The notes: generated by a model from the letters alone, not told the origin. A DNA stretch of 51,798 nucleotides from Acidimicrobiales bacterium (GCA_050633745.1 JBOEHD010000086.1:8378-60175); one strand, 5' to 3'; counted from the stretch's first letter, positions 9,587-18,911 are shown. Translations and numbers: made by a program.

Positions 9587-10429
9587 TTAGCGCTCGCTGA
9601 GCACGCTCTTTGGGTCGCGGCCTTCGACAATGCCGGTATGGGGCCCATAGGTGCACCAGCCGAGCAGCCGTTGATAACGCCGATCGAAGCCGGCGACCAG
9701 CGATCGCTCGAGGCAGAGGTACTGGTTCTCCTGTTGACGAAGCCAGGCCCGGGCATACAGAACAGCAATACCCCGACGAGGTCGGCCACTGTCGTTGGCT
9801 CCGCCGCCGTGCACGGTGCGACCGTCCCAGAGCCCGGCCGAACCGGCCTGCATCAGCAGCGGCTCGGTCGGCACGCCGGTGAACGCTGGGTCTGGGTCGA
9901 GATGCGAGCCGGGCACCATCCTGGTTGCGCCGTTGGCCTCGGTGAAGTCGTCCATCGCCCACATCACCGACACCATGAGAGGCGGGTGGGGTCGAGGGAG
10001 CGGGTAGCAGCCGTCGTCGAAGTGCAGCATCTGGGCGTTCTCCGCTGCGCCGAGGGTGACGGTCGAAACCTCTGACAGCTGAATCTGATCCTGTAGATGG
10101 CCTTCGATGGTTGCGATGACCGAAGGGTGACTGGCCAGCGGATCAAAGGCCCGAGAACGGCCAAGCAGATTAAAGGCCCGCTTGGTGTCGTAACCGGCAA
10201 ATGGCGACGCGCTATCGGGGGTCTCAGCCATTAAACGATCGAGCTCGTCCTGCGCCGCGGCAAGGGTCTGTTCATCTAGTAGATCGGGCAAGACGGTGTA
10301 ACCCGTTGCCGCTAGCTCGGCGACGTTTCCCTTCACGGCCTGACGCTCTTCGTCTGTGGCGAGGAATCGTGCCGACTGGCTCATCGCCTCGGAACTGAAC
10401 GGATTTAGGTTGGCGTCGTATTCGGTCAC
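9587..10429 (-). CDS. Phytanoyl-CoA dioxygenase (PhyH) family Fe(II)/2-oxoglutarate dioxygenase
   Basis: QMLHFDD (HxD), DDFTEANGATRMVPGSH, VHGGGAN, WLRQQEN. Confidence 0.92.
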   Translation of the reverse strand: MTEYDANLNPFSSEAMSQSARFLATDEERQAVKGNVAELAATGYTVLPDLLDEQTLAAAQDELDRLMAETPDSASPFAGYDTKRAFNLLGRSRAFDPLASHPSVIATIEGHLQDQIQLSEVSTVTLGAAENAQMLHFDDGCYPLPRPHPPLMVSVMWAMDDFTEANGATRMVPGSHLDPDPAFTGVPTEPLLMQAGSAGLWDGRTVHGGGANDSGRPRRGIAVLYARAWLRQQENQYLCLERSLVAGFDRRYQRLLGWCTYGPHTGIVEGRDPKSVLSER

Positions 10430-10469
10430 CCCGCAAGTCTTTCAGGCTGACGCCCGATGCTCGAACCAG

Positions 10470-10655
10470 CTGGTAGAGCTTGGGACGATGGACCAGGTCT
10501 CCTACCTGACCGAGTTCGGCATCACCGACATGGTCACCTGGGGCGCGGCGCCTGGAATGGCACCATCGTTGATGAACGAGTCCTTGGAGCGGTTCGCCAA
10601 GAACGTCGTGCCGCGGGTGCGGCAAGCGATTGAGAGGCAAGCGATTGAAGGGTAA
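10470..10655 (+). pseudogene. C-terminal remnant of an LLM-class (luciferase-like) flavin-dependent oxidoreductase
   Basis: GTMDQV...FGITDMVTW...PGM...ESLERFAKNVVPRV resembles the LLM C-terminus. No room for the ~270 aa N-terminal part before the divergent PhyH start. Confidence 0.6.
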
Positions 10656-10661
10656 GACCGA

Positions 10662-11291
10662 CTAGCCGATGGTGGCCAGCCATTCTCTGGCGTCGCTCAT
10701 CATTTCCAGTGTCTGGCTGTGGGCCATGTCATAGCCCTCTAGCCGAACCTGCCAGCCTCCATCCCCGAGAGCGGTGGCGGCTGCCTCGGTGTCGGCGTTT
10801 GCAACAAACGGGTCTCTGGTCCCGAACTGCACGAGCGCGGTCTGACCATCGCCGGGGGCCAAATCGAATGGGGTGTCTGGAAAGGGCGGAAGCCCACAGC
10901 ACATGGCCCAGATACCGGCGTAGCGTGCCCGGCCGGGTTGCCCAGCGAGCGCCAGTGCCAGGTAGCCGCCCTGGGAGAAGCCACCGATGACACATCGTTC
11001 AAGCGGTACGCCCGCTGCTTCAGCTTCGGCATCGATGAACCCCCGCAGTGCGGCCGCAGCCTCATGGAAGCTTGTTTTGTCGAAGCCGTTTTCGTCGATG
11101 CCGAACCATGATGCGCCGTCGCCGTCTGGCAGGTCGTTTGGCGCTCTGGGGCAGATGGCGGTGAACCGCTCGTTCGGATCGATGAGAGGAACGTATGCGG
11201 CCAGGTGGTGCTGTTCAGCGCTGTAGCCGTGGATGAGGAAGAGCAGACGGTCGGCTGAGTCTCGTTCGATGCGATAGGTGGTGAAGCTCAT
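10662..11291 (-). CDS. Phospholipase/carboxylesterase family alpha/beta hydrolase
   Basis: LIHGY, GGFSQGG nucleophile elbow, GTRDPFV, MAHS. Confidence 0.9.
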   Translation of the reverse strand: MSFTTYRIERDSADRLLFLIHGYSAEQHHLAAYVPLIDPNERFTAICPRAPNDLPDGDGASWFGIDENGFDKTSFHEAAAALRGFIDAEAEAAGVPLERCVIGGFSQGGYLALALAGQPGRARYAGIWAMCCGLPPFPDTPFDLAPGDGQTALVQFGTRDPFVANADTEAAATALGDGGWQVRLEGYDMAHSQTLEMMSDAREWLATIG

Positions 11292-11415
11292 GCCAGATCA
11301 TTGCATGTTCGACGATGGCCTCTACTGCCGTTTGGCAAAAATCTCGTCCGACCGGTCGATTTCGGCCGAACCGATCGTCGTCTAGGGGAAGACAACAACT
11401 AGTGAGGAGCTTCTT

Positions 11416-12036
11416 GTGGCTGATGTAAGGGCTATGACCAGGGCCGAAGGTGAGGCAGTTGTCGCGTACCTACGCGAGATGCCGGCCGATGCCTGGGACA
11501 GGACGACGGTCTGCGATCCGTGGGCCGTAGGGCATCTCGTTGCCCACCTGACGGCGTTGGGCAACCAAACCATGGGCAACTTCGCCAAGGGGTTCATTCG
11601 GTCCGGCTTCAGCTTCGACAAGTTCGTTAACCGCGATATGCAGCAGTACCTCGTTGGATCGCCGCAGGAACGCATTGATCGGCTGGAGGATTCGGTCAAG
11701 AGTCCCTCCACCCCGGATCGGCTGAAGGAGATCGCGCTCGGCGAAATGATGTGCCACGGCGAAGACATTCGGCAGGCGCTGGGTGACCGAGGGCAACATA
11801 GCCCGGCCCATGTGTCGCAAGTCGGGCCAATGTACGTCGAGGCCAAAGCCCCACTCAACGGGAAGATGCGGGCCGCGGGCCTGAGCTTCCGGGCAACCGA
11901 TGGCGATTGGAGCCATGGTTCGGGGCCTGAGGTGACTGGTCCGGGCATGGATCTTCTTTGCGCCATCGTCGGTCGGCCATACGCGCTCGATCACCTCGAA
12001 GGCGACGGGCTAGCGACGCTACGTTCCAGGCTCTGA
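11416..12036 (+). CDS. Maleylpyruvate isomerase family mycothiol-dependent enzyme (MDMPI/DinB-like)
   Basis: W.RTTVCDPW.V.HLVAHL, E..CHGEDIRQALG, ATDGDWSHGSGPEVTG. Confidence 0.88.
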   Translation: MADVRAMTRAEGEAVVAYLREMPADAWDRTTVCDPWAVGHLVAHLTALGNQTMGNFAKGFIRSGFSFDKFVNRDMQQYLVGSPQERIDRLEDSVKSPSTPDRLKEIALGEMMCHGEDIRQALGDRGQHSPAHVSQVGPMYVEAKAPLNGKMRAAGLSFRATDGDWSHGSGPEVTGPGMDLLCAIVGRPYALDHLEGDGLATLRSRL

Positions 12037-12124
12037 CCCGCAGTCGATCCTCCTCGCTGTTCTATGAGGCCCTAGAACGGTCGACAACTATCGCCTCTCT
12101 GCTCACCCATGCCAACATTGCGCG

Positions 12125-14656
12125 GTGAACGCAACCAGGATTCTGGATCTGAGCGAGAGCGTTACCGGCGCCTATGCCACGCGACTGCTGGCCGGGACCG
12201 GAGTCGAGGTGCACATAGGCGAACCCGAGGGAGGGTCACCGCTGCGAACGACCCCACCGCTGGTCGAAACCCCCGACGGCTTACGTTCGACCTCCTGGGA
12301 ATACTTAGCGGCATACAAAGACAGCGTGGTGATCGACCCCGCCACGATCACCGATGACGTCAACACCCAAAGCAGCAGCACCCTAAACCGCAGCACCACG
12401 ACAGACCTCGGCGACCTGATCGACGGCTACGACGCCGTCGTCTTGGCCACCGATGGCGGACCCGGCGCGGCCTTCGGGCCGGTGGACCTGCTGGCCAGCG
12501 AGCTGCGGGAGAAACAGCCTCACCTGGTGGTTGCGGCGATCACCCCGTTCGGCCTGACCGGACCGTACTCCTCCTGGCGAGCTGGACCGCTTGAGTTGTG
12601 GGCTGCTGGCGGCCACCTGACCCTCAACGGAGAACCGGACCGGCAACCGATCCCCGGTGGCGGTCCGTGGGACTCTCACCTGGTGGGGGCGACCGCAGCG
12701 GTGGCTATCCAGGCCGCCCTGATCGATGCTGGTGAGACTTCCACCGGAGCGCTGATCGATGTTGGCGCCATGGAGGTCTTGGCCTCGACTCATCAATGGT
12801 CGCTCAGTCTGTACACCCACACCGGGGCGATCAAGCAGCGAACCGGCAACCGCCACGGCGAGATGCACCATCCGCTCGCCTTGTACGAATGCAACGACGG
12901 CTGGGCCTGCATTGCCGCCGCCACCTTCCAGCAGTGGGAAGGCCTGTGCATCGCGATGGACAAGGTCGAACTGCTGGCCGACGATGGATTAGCCGGGGCA
13001 GCCGACCGATTCGATCGGGCCGACGAGGTCGACCAACTCGTCACCAGTTGGACACTGACCAAGAGCGTGGCCGAGGTCGTGCGGGCCTGCCAGGATCACT
13101 TCTGCCCGGCCGGTCCGGTGAACCAGCTCAGCGACATCGTCGAAGACGAACAGCTCGCCTTCCGCGATTACTGGAGCCCGGCCCCGCACCTCGGGCCAGG
13201 AGCCAAGATGCCGAGTGTGCCGTTTCAGCTTCCCTCCACTCCCCCGTTCCGTCCGGCACCACAGATCGGTACCGCCGCACCAGCGCCCCCGACTTCTCGT
13301 CGACGACCGGGCGGCGACAAGCCAGCTGATCAGCAGCCCGGCCAACAGTCAGGTGGCAGCCCGTACGCGCCGCTGGCCGGTGTCCGCGTGCTGGAGCTGA
13401 CCATCTCATGGGCCGGACCCCTGGCCGCTCGTTTCCTGGCCGACCTCGGTGCCGACGTCATCAAGATCGAACACCCCACCTCCCGAGGGGTGACGGTTGC
13501 TGCGCCGGACCCTGACGCCGAACCCGAACCGTGGCAGTGGGGTGAGCTGCCCCCGCCCTCGGTACGCAACGGCATGTACCCCGATGCCGACCCCGGAACG
13601 CAGTGGTGGAACCGTATGAGTCTGTTCAACAAGATGAACCGATCGAAGCGCAGCCTCTGTCTCGACATCAAGGCACCGGGCGGTCTGGAAGTATTCGAGC
13701 AGCTGGTGGCATCGGCCGACATCGTGATCAACAACTACAGCCCCCGTGGCGTGCGCTCACTCGGAATCGATCATCACACACTCCGGTCCATCAAGCCCGA
13801 CCTGGTGACGGTCTCGATGAGCGGCTACGGCGCAACCGGGCCGGGCTCCGAGGCGGTGTCGTGGGGCCCGATTCTCGATGCCGCCTCGGGGCTAGCCGCC
13901 ACCACCGGTTACGCCGATTCCGGGCCATACAAGCAGGGCCTGGCCTACCCCGATCCTGTCGGTGGAACCCATGGAGCGGCCGCCGCGCTGGCCGCGTGGC
14001 GGGAGCATCAGGAAACCGGGGAGGCGGTGCACGTCGACCTCTCCCAGCTCGAAACCTTGCTAGCCATCGCCGGTGACCAGATCATCGAGACCACAAGCAC
14101 CGGCCGCTCCCCGACCCGCCGCGGCGCCCGGTCCGCTAGTTACGCCCCAGCCGGGGTCTACCCCTGCCTCGGCACCGACCGTTGGTTGGCGCTCACCGTG
14201 TATAGCGACGGCGATTGGGATCGACTGGCGGCCCTTATACCGGAGTTAGATCAGGCTCGGTGGGCCGAGCTCGCCAATCGTCACGCCGACCACGATGAAA
14301 TCGACCGCCTCATCACCGCCTGGACCGCGGCGCGAGATCCCCATGACGCCATGGCAAACCTGCAGGAAGCGGGCGTTGCTGCCGCAGCCGCCTCAACAAA
14401 CCAAGATCTGGTCGAAGATCCCCAGCTTCGCTCACGCGGCTTCATGGTCACCATCGACCAACCGGAGTGTGGTCCCCGCCTCTACCCGGGGTCTGCTTTC
14501 CTGGTCGATGGCAACCCGTTGAGCATTAGGCCAGCGCCAACGCTTGGCGCCGACAACACCTCGGTTTTGGAACAACTCGGCGTCGATTTGGCCCAGCAAG
14601 AGGCGCTGACCCAAACCGGCACGATCGCCAGCTTTCCCCCTGGCCAAACAATTTGA
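12125..14656 (+). CDS. Fused tandem CaiB/BaiF class III CoA-transferase (two domains)
   Basis: Two copies of the fold: RILDLS..GAYATRLLA and PLAGVRVLEL..WAGP.AARFLADLGADVIKIE. Catalytic Asp in YPDPVGG of the second half. Confidence 0.92.
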   Translation: MNATRILDLSESVTGAYATRLLAGTGVEVHIGEPEGGSPLRTTPPLVETPDGLRSTSWEYLAAYKDSVVIDPATITDDVNTQSSSTLNRSTTTDLGDLIDGYDAVVLATDGGPGAAFGPVDLLASELREKQPHLVVAAITPFGLTGPYSSWRAGPLELWAAGGHLTLNGEPDRQPIPGGGPWDSHLVGATAAVAIQAALIDAGETSTGALIDVGAMEVLASTHQWSLSLYTHTGAIKQRTGNRHGEMHHPLALYECNDGWACIAAATFQQWEGLCIAMDKVELLADDGLAGAADRFDRADEVDQLVTSWTLTKSVAEVVRACQDHFCPAGPVNQLSDIVEDEQLAFRDYWSPAPHLGPGAKMPSVPFQLPSTPPFRPAPQIGTAAPAPPTSRRRPGGDKPADQQPGQQSGGSPYAPLAGVRVLELTISWAGPLAARFLADLGADVIKIEHPTSRGVTVAAPDPDAEPEPWQWGELPPPSVRNGMYPDADPGTQWWNRMSLFNKMNRSKRSLCLDIKAPGGLEVFEQLVASADIVINNYSPRGVRSLGIDHHTLRSIKPDLVTVSMSGYGATGPGSEAVSWGPILDAASGLAATTGYADSGPYKQGLAYPDPVGGTHGAAAALAAWREHQETGEAVHVDLSQLETLLAIAGDQIIETTSTGRSPTRRGARSASYAPAGVYPCLGTDRWLALTVYSDGDWDRLAALIPELDQARWAELANRHADHDEIDRLITAWTAARDPHDAMANLQEAGVAAAAASTNQDLVEDPQLRSRGFMVTIDQPECGPRLYPGSAFLVDGNPLSIRPAPTLGADNTSVLEQLGVDLAQQEALTQTGTIASFPPGQTI

Positions 14657-14708
14657 GTAGCGTTGACTCACGGGCGCTAACCGGCCTGCGAGCCCGATTG
14701 GAGAAGAC

Positions 14709-15689
14709 ATGAGCGAGATGCAGATCACCCCCATCGATGGAAAGGTCTTCGGTGCCGAAGTCACCGGAGTCACCCTGGCCCAACTCGACGACAACGAGTT
14801 CGCCACGATCCATCAGGCATTCTTGAAATACGGATTCCTCCTCTTTCCGCAACAGTTCCTCAGCGCGGAGGAGAACGTGGCCTTTGGTGAACGGTTCGGC
14901 CCGCTCGAGTTCGCCGCCTTGCCCATGGCCAACCAGAAACGACAATCGGATGGCTCATTCGGCGGCCCGGTGCTCGATCTCGACTCGCAGATGATGCGCA
15001 GCAACGTCGGCAACGAGACCTGGCACACCGACTCGACCTACAAACCCTGCAGTAGCAAGTGCGCCATGCTGTCGGCCGTGGTTGTTCCCGAGGAGGGGGG
15101 CGAAACCGAACTGGCCGATATGCGGGCTGGTTACGCCGCCCTCGACCAAGAGACGAAAGAACGGATCGACGGGCTGAGTGCGTATCACTCCAACCAGTAC
15201 TCCCAGGCCAACGACATTGGCGACTTCCCTCGAGTCGATCACGAGGGTTTCTTCAAGGACATCTACCATTGGGAGGCGTACCTTCGCCCTGTGGTGAAGG
15301 TGCATCCCGAAACCGGGGTGAAGAATCTTTTCCTCGGGCGCCACGCCTTCGGGATTCCCGGGCTCGAACGCGACGACAGCCGACAACTCCTGTCATCGCT
15401 GCTCGAATTCGTGGTCTCGGACGAGTCGAGGGTTTACACCCACCGTTGGACCCCCGGCGACACCCTCATCTGGGACAATCGGGCCCTTCTCCATCGCGCT
15501 CGGCCCTACGACTATTCGCAGCCACGGGTCCTGCTCGGCACCCGAGTCGCAGGCGACGACACCGAACTCGCCTACTACCCCGATGACCCAGCCGCCGAGG
15601 CGGGTCGAGATGCGCTTGCCGCTGAGCTTGAAGTGCTCCGGAACACCACCACAGACCTCATGTACGGTGCGACCACCGCCAGCCGCTAG
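14709..15689 (+). CDS. TauD/TfdA family Fe(II)/2-OG dioxygenase, SdpA-like subgroup
   Basis: GNETWHTDSTY, GGET..ADMRA.Y.ALD, RPVVKVHPETG, GRHA..IPG, WDNRALLHRA. Confidence 0.92.
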   Translation: MSEMQITPIDGKVFGAEVTGVTLAQLDDNEFATIHQAFLKYGFLLFPQQFLSAEENVAFGERFGPLEFAALPMANQKRQSDGSFGGPVLDLDSQMMRSNVGNETWHTDSTYKPCSSKCAMLSAVVVPEEGGETELADMRAGYAALDQETKERIDGLSAYHSNQYSQANDIGDFPRVDHEGFFKDIYHWEAYLRPVVKVHPETGVKNLFLGRHAFGIPGLERDDSRQLLSSLLEFVVSDESRVYTHRWTPGDTLIWDNRALLHRARPYDYSQPRVLLGTRVAGDDTELAYYPDDPAAEAGRDALAAELEVLRNTTTDLMYGATTASR

Positions 15690-16417
15690 AGCACCTGGCG
15701 GATCACGATCGACACTGCTGAGATGACGGCGAAGGTCAATACGGCCGGCCTCGTGTAACCGTTGTCGAGAAAGCTGTTTGTCCATCGCGAAAGTACAAAC
15801 CCCACGACGACGCCGGGGACGAGTAAGGCCGACAGCTTTAGATCGGTGAGGTCGAACTCACCGAGAGCCACGAGCACGACCAGGGAGAAGCTGGCGCCGA
15901 AGATCATAAACGCGGCCATCGAAGCCCGTAACTCCGGTCCGGAACTGCGCTGGTACACAAGAGCGATCGGCGGGCCTCCCACCGAGGTGGCGGTGCCCAT
16001 GGCCCCCGAGGCCACGCCAGCGCTTAGCAGGTTTCGGCGGGTCGGCTCGACCGACAGACCGAGCAGGCTGACGGCCACCGCGCTTAAGACGGCGAAGGCA
16101 AAAAGGCCAGCGATCCCGCGTTGCGACAGTAGAACCACAGCCATCGAGCCCAGTAGCGTCCCCGGTATGCGGCCGACGACGGCCCAGCGAACACTGCCGA
16201 AGTCGAGCGACTTCCGTTCCCGCCAGGCCACCAGCAGAGCCAACGGCACGCTCATGCAGAGCAAAGGACCGGGCACCAATCCAGGCTCGAGAAGTACCAG
16301 AACCGGGCCTGCCACCAGACCAAGGCCAAACCCCAGCGACCCTTGCAGGCAGGCTCCGGCGATCACCGCCGACAGAGCAATGGCGATCTCGAGCAGGCTC
16401 AGTCCCAGGATGCTCAA
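15686..16417 (-). CDS. TauE/SafE (TSUP) family membrane exporter
   Basis: Multi-TM protein with LQGSLGFGLGL and G.MGTATSVGGPP motifs. Confidence 0.88.
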   Translation of the reverse strand: MSILGLSLLEIAIALSAVIAGACLQGSLGFGLGLVAGPVLVLLEPGLVPGPLLCMSVPLALLVAWRERKSLDFGSVRWAVVGRIPGTLLGSMAVVLLSQRGIAGLFAFAVLSAVAVSLLGLSVEPTRRNLLSAGVASGAMGTATSVGGPPIALVYQRSSGPELRASMAAFMIFGASFSLVVLVALGEFDLTDLKLSALLVPGVVVGFVLSRWTNSFLDNGYTRPAVLTFAVISAVSIVIRQVL

Positions 16418-16420
16418 GCG

Positions 16421-17872
16421 TCACCAGGCAAGAGCGGTCGCTAACCCTGGGTAGCGGGGTTGGTCGATCGCTACCTGGTTCACGACCGAGAACCGCAGGT
16501 ACTCCGCAAGGCCGGGTTCGTCGAGGGCCATCGTCTCGTCCCGAAGCCGGTTGACCAACTCCCAACGAAGATCCCACACCGACGATGATGGATCCGATGC
16601 CGACGATGCCACCGACTTCGTTGCCCCGTCGAGCAGCGCTACAAGCATCGACCGCTCCAGCTCCCGCAGACGCGAACCGACGGCCGCCTCCCGCTGCACG
16701 ATGTCGAGCGAGTTTCCTGCCACCCTGGCCAGGAAGTTAGTGCGCCCCGAGGTCTCGTCCATCACCACCCCATGGAGGAAATCCCGCACGCTCTCCAGCA
16801 ATTCGTCGCTGCGAGGCATGTCGGACCGCTCATCCACCGGCTCGGGTTCGAGCAGCTCGACCGGGCCAGGCAGTATCAGATTGACGCAGTCGACCTGACA
16901 CTCCGAGGTGCGCCGGCCGACCGCTGGCCGCTCGACCGTGCTGTCCGGTCCGGTTCGGTAGTGCTCAGCCATGCTGACGCAGCCAACGGCCCACCAGTAG
17001 GAACCAAAGACCTCCCAAAAGCGCACGTCATCCGGATCAACCGCCACGCCAGACTCGGCCTCGTAGCCCGCCAGCAACTGTTCTCGCGTGCCGAAGCCGC
17101 CGACCGGCAGTTCCTTTCCGAAGCGCCATGATGCGGTGCACAGCCACCCGAGGTCTCGTCCCGGGTCGCCGACGTGGGCCGCCTCCCAGTCGAGCACCGC
17201 CACCACACCACTCGGGTCGATCATCAGATTGCCATTGCGGAAATCGTTGTGCACGAGCGTCATGGGTCTGGCCTGCGGAAGGTTGTCGAGCAGCCACCTG
17301 GCGGTGAAGTCGATCATCGGCTGCGGGGTTGCATACTCCTTGTAGCGATCCCACATCTGGTGGATGAACTGCTCGGTCGGCATCTCGGTGAGCTTGTCCC
17401 GCAACCCGGTGGCGTCGAGATCGATGGCGTGGATCTTGGCCAGGATCCGACCGCACTCTTCGGCCAGGAGCGGCCGAATGTCGGCAAGATCGGGTGAGCG
17501 GACGATACGTGCCCCAAGGGCTTCACCGTCGAGCCACTCCATGATGAACCCCGGCCCCAAGCCATCGTCAGGCTCTAGCACGTGATACACGTGCGGCTCC
17601 GGCACATCGTGGGCCGCGGCAACCCGCATCAACTCGGCCTCGACTGCCAGACCTGGTCGTCCGAGGAGATCCTCGGGCGCAACCCCTCCCGAAGCCCGAC
17701 GCATGGCCAGCGTCACCGGTCCAGCCGCCATCTCGACGTTCACCCGGTAGGTCTCCTGGCTGGCTCCTCCACTCAACCGCTCGACTTCTATCAGTCGGAC
17801 GACATCGGGGATCGCCCGCACCAACACCGCTTCGAGCGCTCCCTCGAAGTCGGGCTTGGTTGACCAACTCAT
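16421..17872 (-). CDS. APH-family phosphotransferase fused to a C-terminal DUF6285/LvaB-like domain
   Basis: LSGGASQET, LVHNDFRNGN, VLDWEAAHVGDP..DLGW, followed by DMPRSDELLESVRDFL...F.ARVA.N.L.IV.RE...AIDQPRY. Confidence 0.88.
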   Translation of the reverse strand: MSWSTKPDFEGALEAVLVRAIPDVVRLIEVERLSGGASQETYRVNVEMAAGPVTLAMRRASGGVAPEDLLGRPGLAVEAELMRVAAAHDVPEPHVYHVLEPDDGLGPGFIMEWLDGEALGARIVRSPDLADIRPLLAEECGRILAKIHAIDLDATGLRDKLTEMPTEQFIHQMWDRYKEYATPQPMIDFTARWLLDNLPQARPMTLVHNDFRNGNLMIDPSGVVAVLDWEAAHVGDPGRDLGWLCTASWRFGKELPVGGFGTREQLLAGYEAESGVAVDPDDVRFWEVFGSYWWAVGCVSMAEHYRTGPDSTVERPAVGRRTSECQVDCVNLILPGPVELLEPEPVDERSDMPRSDELLESVRDFLHGVVMDETSGRTNFLARVAGNSLDIVQREAAVGSRLRELERSMLVALLDGATKSVASSASDPSSSVWDLRWELVNRLRDETMALDEPGLAEYLRFSVVNQVAIDQPRYPGLATALAW

Positions 17873-17947
17873 TGTGCTTCCTCCTGGAGAATCGCCTTGC
17901 CTCGCCGCCGACCCTAGCTCGTCGACTCAGTATGAGTCCCGTTCGGT

Positions 17948-18793
17948 CTAGGAGGACGTGGCACGCTCGAGGGCCTCTTTCGCCTTGGCCACCTCGGCTG
18001 CCGAGCGAGCCACTTCCCTTTTCGCCGCCGCCACCGATTCTTCCGCTCGCTGCCGCTCGGCTTCTGCAGCCGCCAGTTCTGTTTCCAGGGCCGCCGCTCG
18101 TTCGTCGGCCGAACTGAGCGCTGACTCGGCCTCGTGGAGTGATGCCGCGACGGCGACGCTGCGCTCGGTGGCTTCTTCCAGGTCCTTCTTTGCCGCCCGA
18201 ATGAGCCGGAGATCGGCGACAGGGGCTGCCGGTTGAGGGGTATTGGTAGTCCGTTCCCTGGTGGTCCGTTTCCTGGTGGTGCGTTTCTTGGTGGTCCGCT
18301 TCGGTCGGACGATGGAGCCGGACTCCGGCATCGCCATCCCGAACGATCCGATTTGTTGTGGTGCCTCGACAAAGGTGCCACTTCGCAGTCTCTGGTGGAG
18401 GCTTGATTCTACCGCTATCGCCTCGATCGCCGATCGCACCTCGGGCTGTCGTTGGCCGTCGGCCAGCTCGACCAGAGATTCCACCGCGCTCCGGTAGGAG
18501 CTCTGTAGGGAGGCGAAGTCGATCTCTTCTCCTGCTGCCATACGTTGTTGTCCCTCACCCAGTTCGACCACCGCCTGCAGCAGTGCCTCGACGGCATCTT
18601 GGCCTGCCCTGGCCACCATGTTGAGCTCGGCGGCGATCACCGACGGCTTACGCAGCCCCTTGATCTGACCGGCCAGCTCCCGATCTCCCGCCGCTCGCGC
18701 CTCTTTCTCCATCGTGGTTCTAGCGGCGATGAAGGAGTTGAGCGGCTCGCCGTAGAGGCGTGCAGCGGCTTGGGTCACCGATTCGACTGGCAC
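17948..18793 (-). CDS. Conserved hypothetical actinobacterial helical/coiled-coil protein
   Basis: LYG.P...FIAAR....KEARAAGDRELA..IK.LRKP N-terminus, basic RTT repeat linker, Ala/Glu coiled-coil C-terminus. Confidence 0.8.
   Translation of the reverse strand: MPVESVTQAAARLYGEPLNSFIAARTTMEKEARAAGDRELAGQIKGLRKPSVIAAELNMVARAGQDAVEALLQAVVELGEGQQRMAAGEEIDFASLQSSYRSAVESLVELADGQRQPEVRSAIEAIAVESSLHQRLRSGTFVEAPQQIGSFGMAMPESGSIVRPKRTTKKRTTRKRTTRERTTNTPQPAAPVADLRLIRAAKKDLEEATERSVAVAASLHEAESALSSADERAAALETELAAAEAERQRAEESVAAAKREVARSAAEVAKAKEALERATSS
18244..18303 (-). repeat. In-frame 15-bp tandem repeat, 4 copies, encoding KRTTK/KRTTR/ERTT
   Basis: tggtagtccgttccc / tggtggtccgtttcc / tggtggtgcgtttct / tggtggtccgcttcg. 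Confidence 0.85.
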
Positions 18794-18911
18794 TCGTTCA
18801 TGATTGCAGGCCGGGGGCCAGTCGGCATGCCCGTCTGACGAACGAGGCTCTAGCGCTGGCTAACCACGGCACTGCCCCAGCCCTGAGGGTATACGAGCTA
18901 CGGTGCACTGA

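Noticed and set aside
8401-9600. 399-aa plus-strand ORF
   Set aside because: Antisense shadow of the amidohydrolase gene, expected in high-GC DNA; no motifs.
14709-16417. TauD plus TauE as a taurine/sulfonate utilisation operon
   Set aside because: The genes are convergent, the dioxygenase looks SdpA/TfdA-like, and there is no tauABC or ssu transporter.
16421-17872. Aminoglycoside resistance kinase
   Set aside because: Motifs and the fused small domain fit the ACAD10/LvaA-type metabolic kinases.
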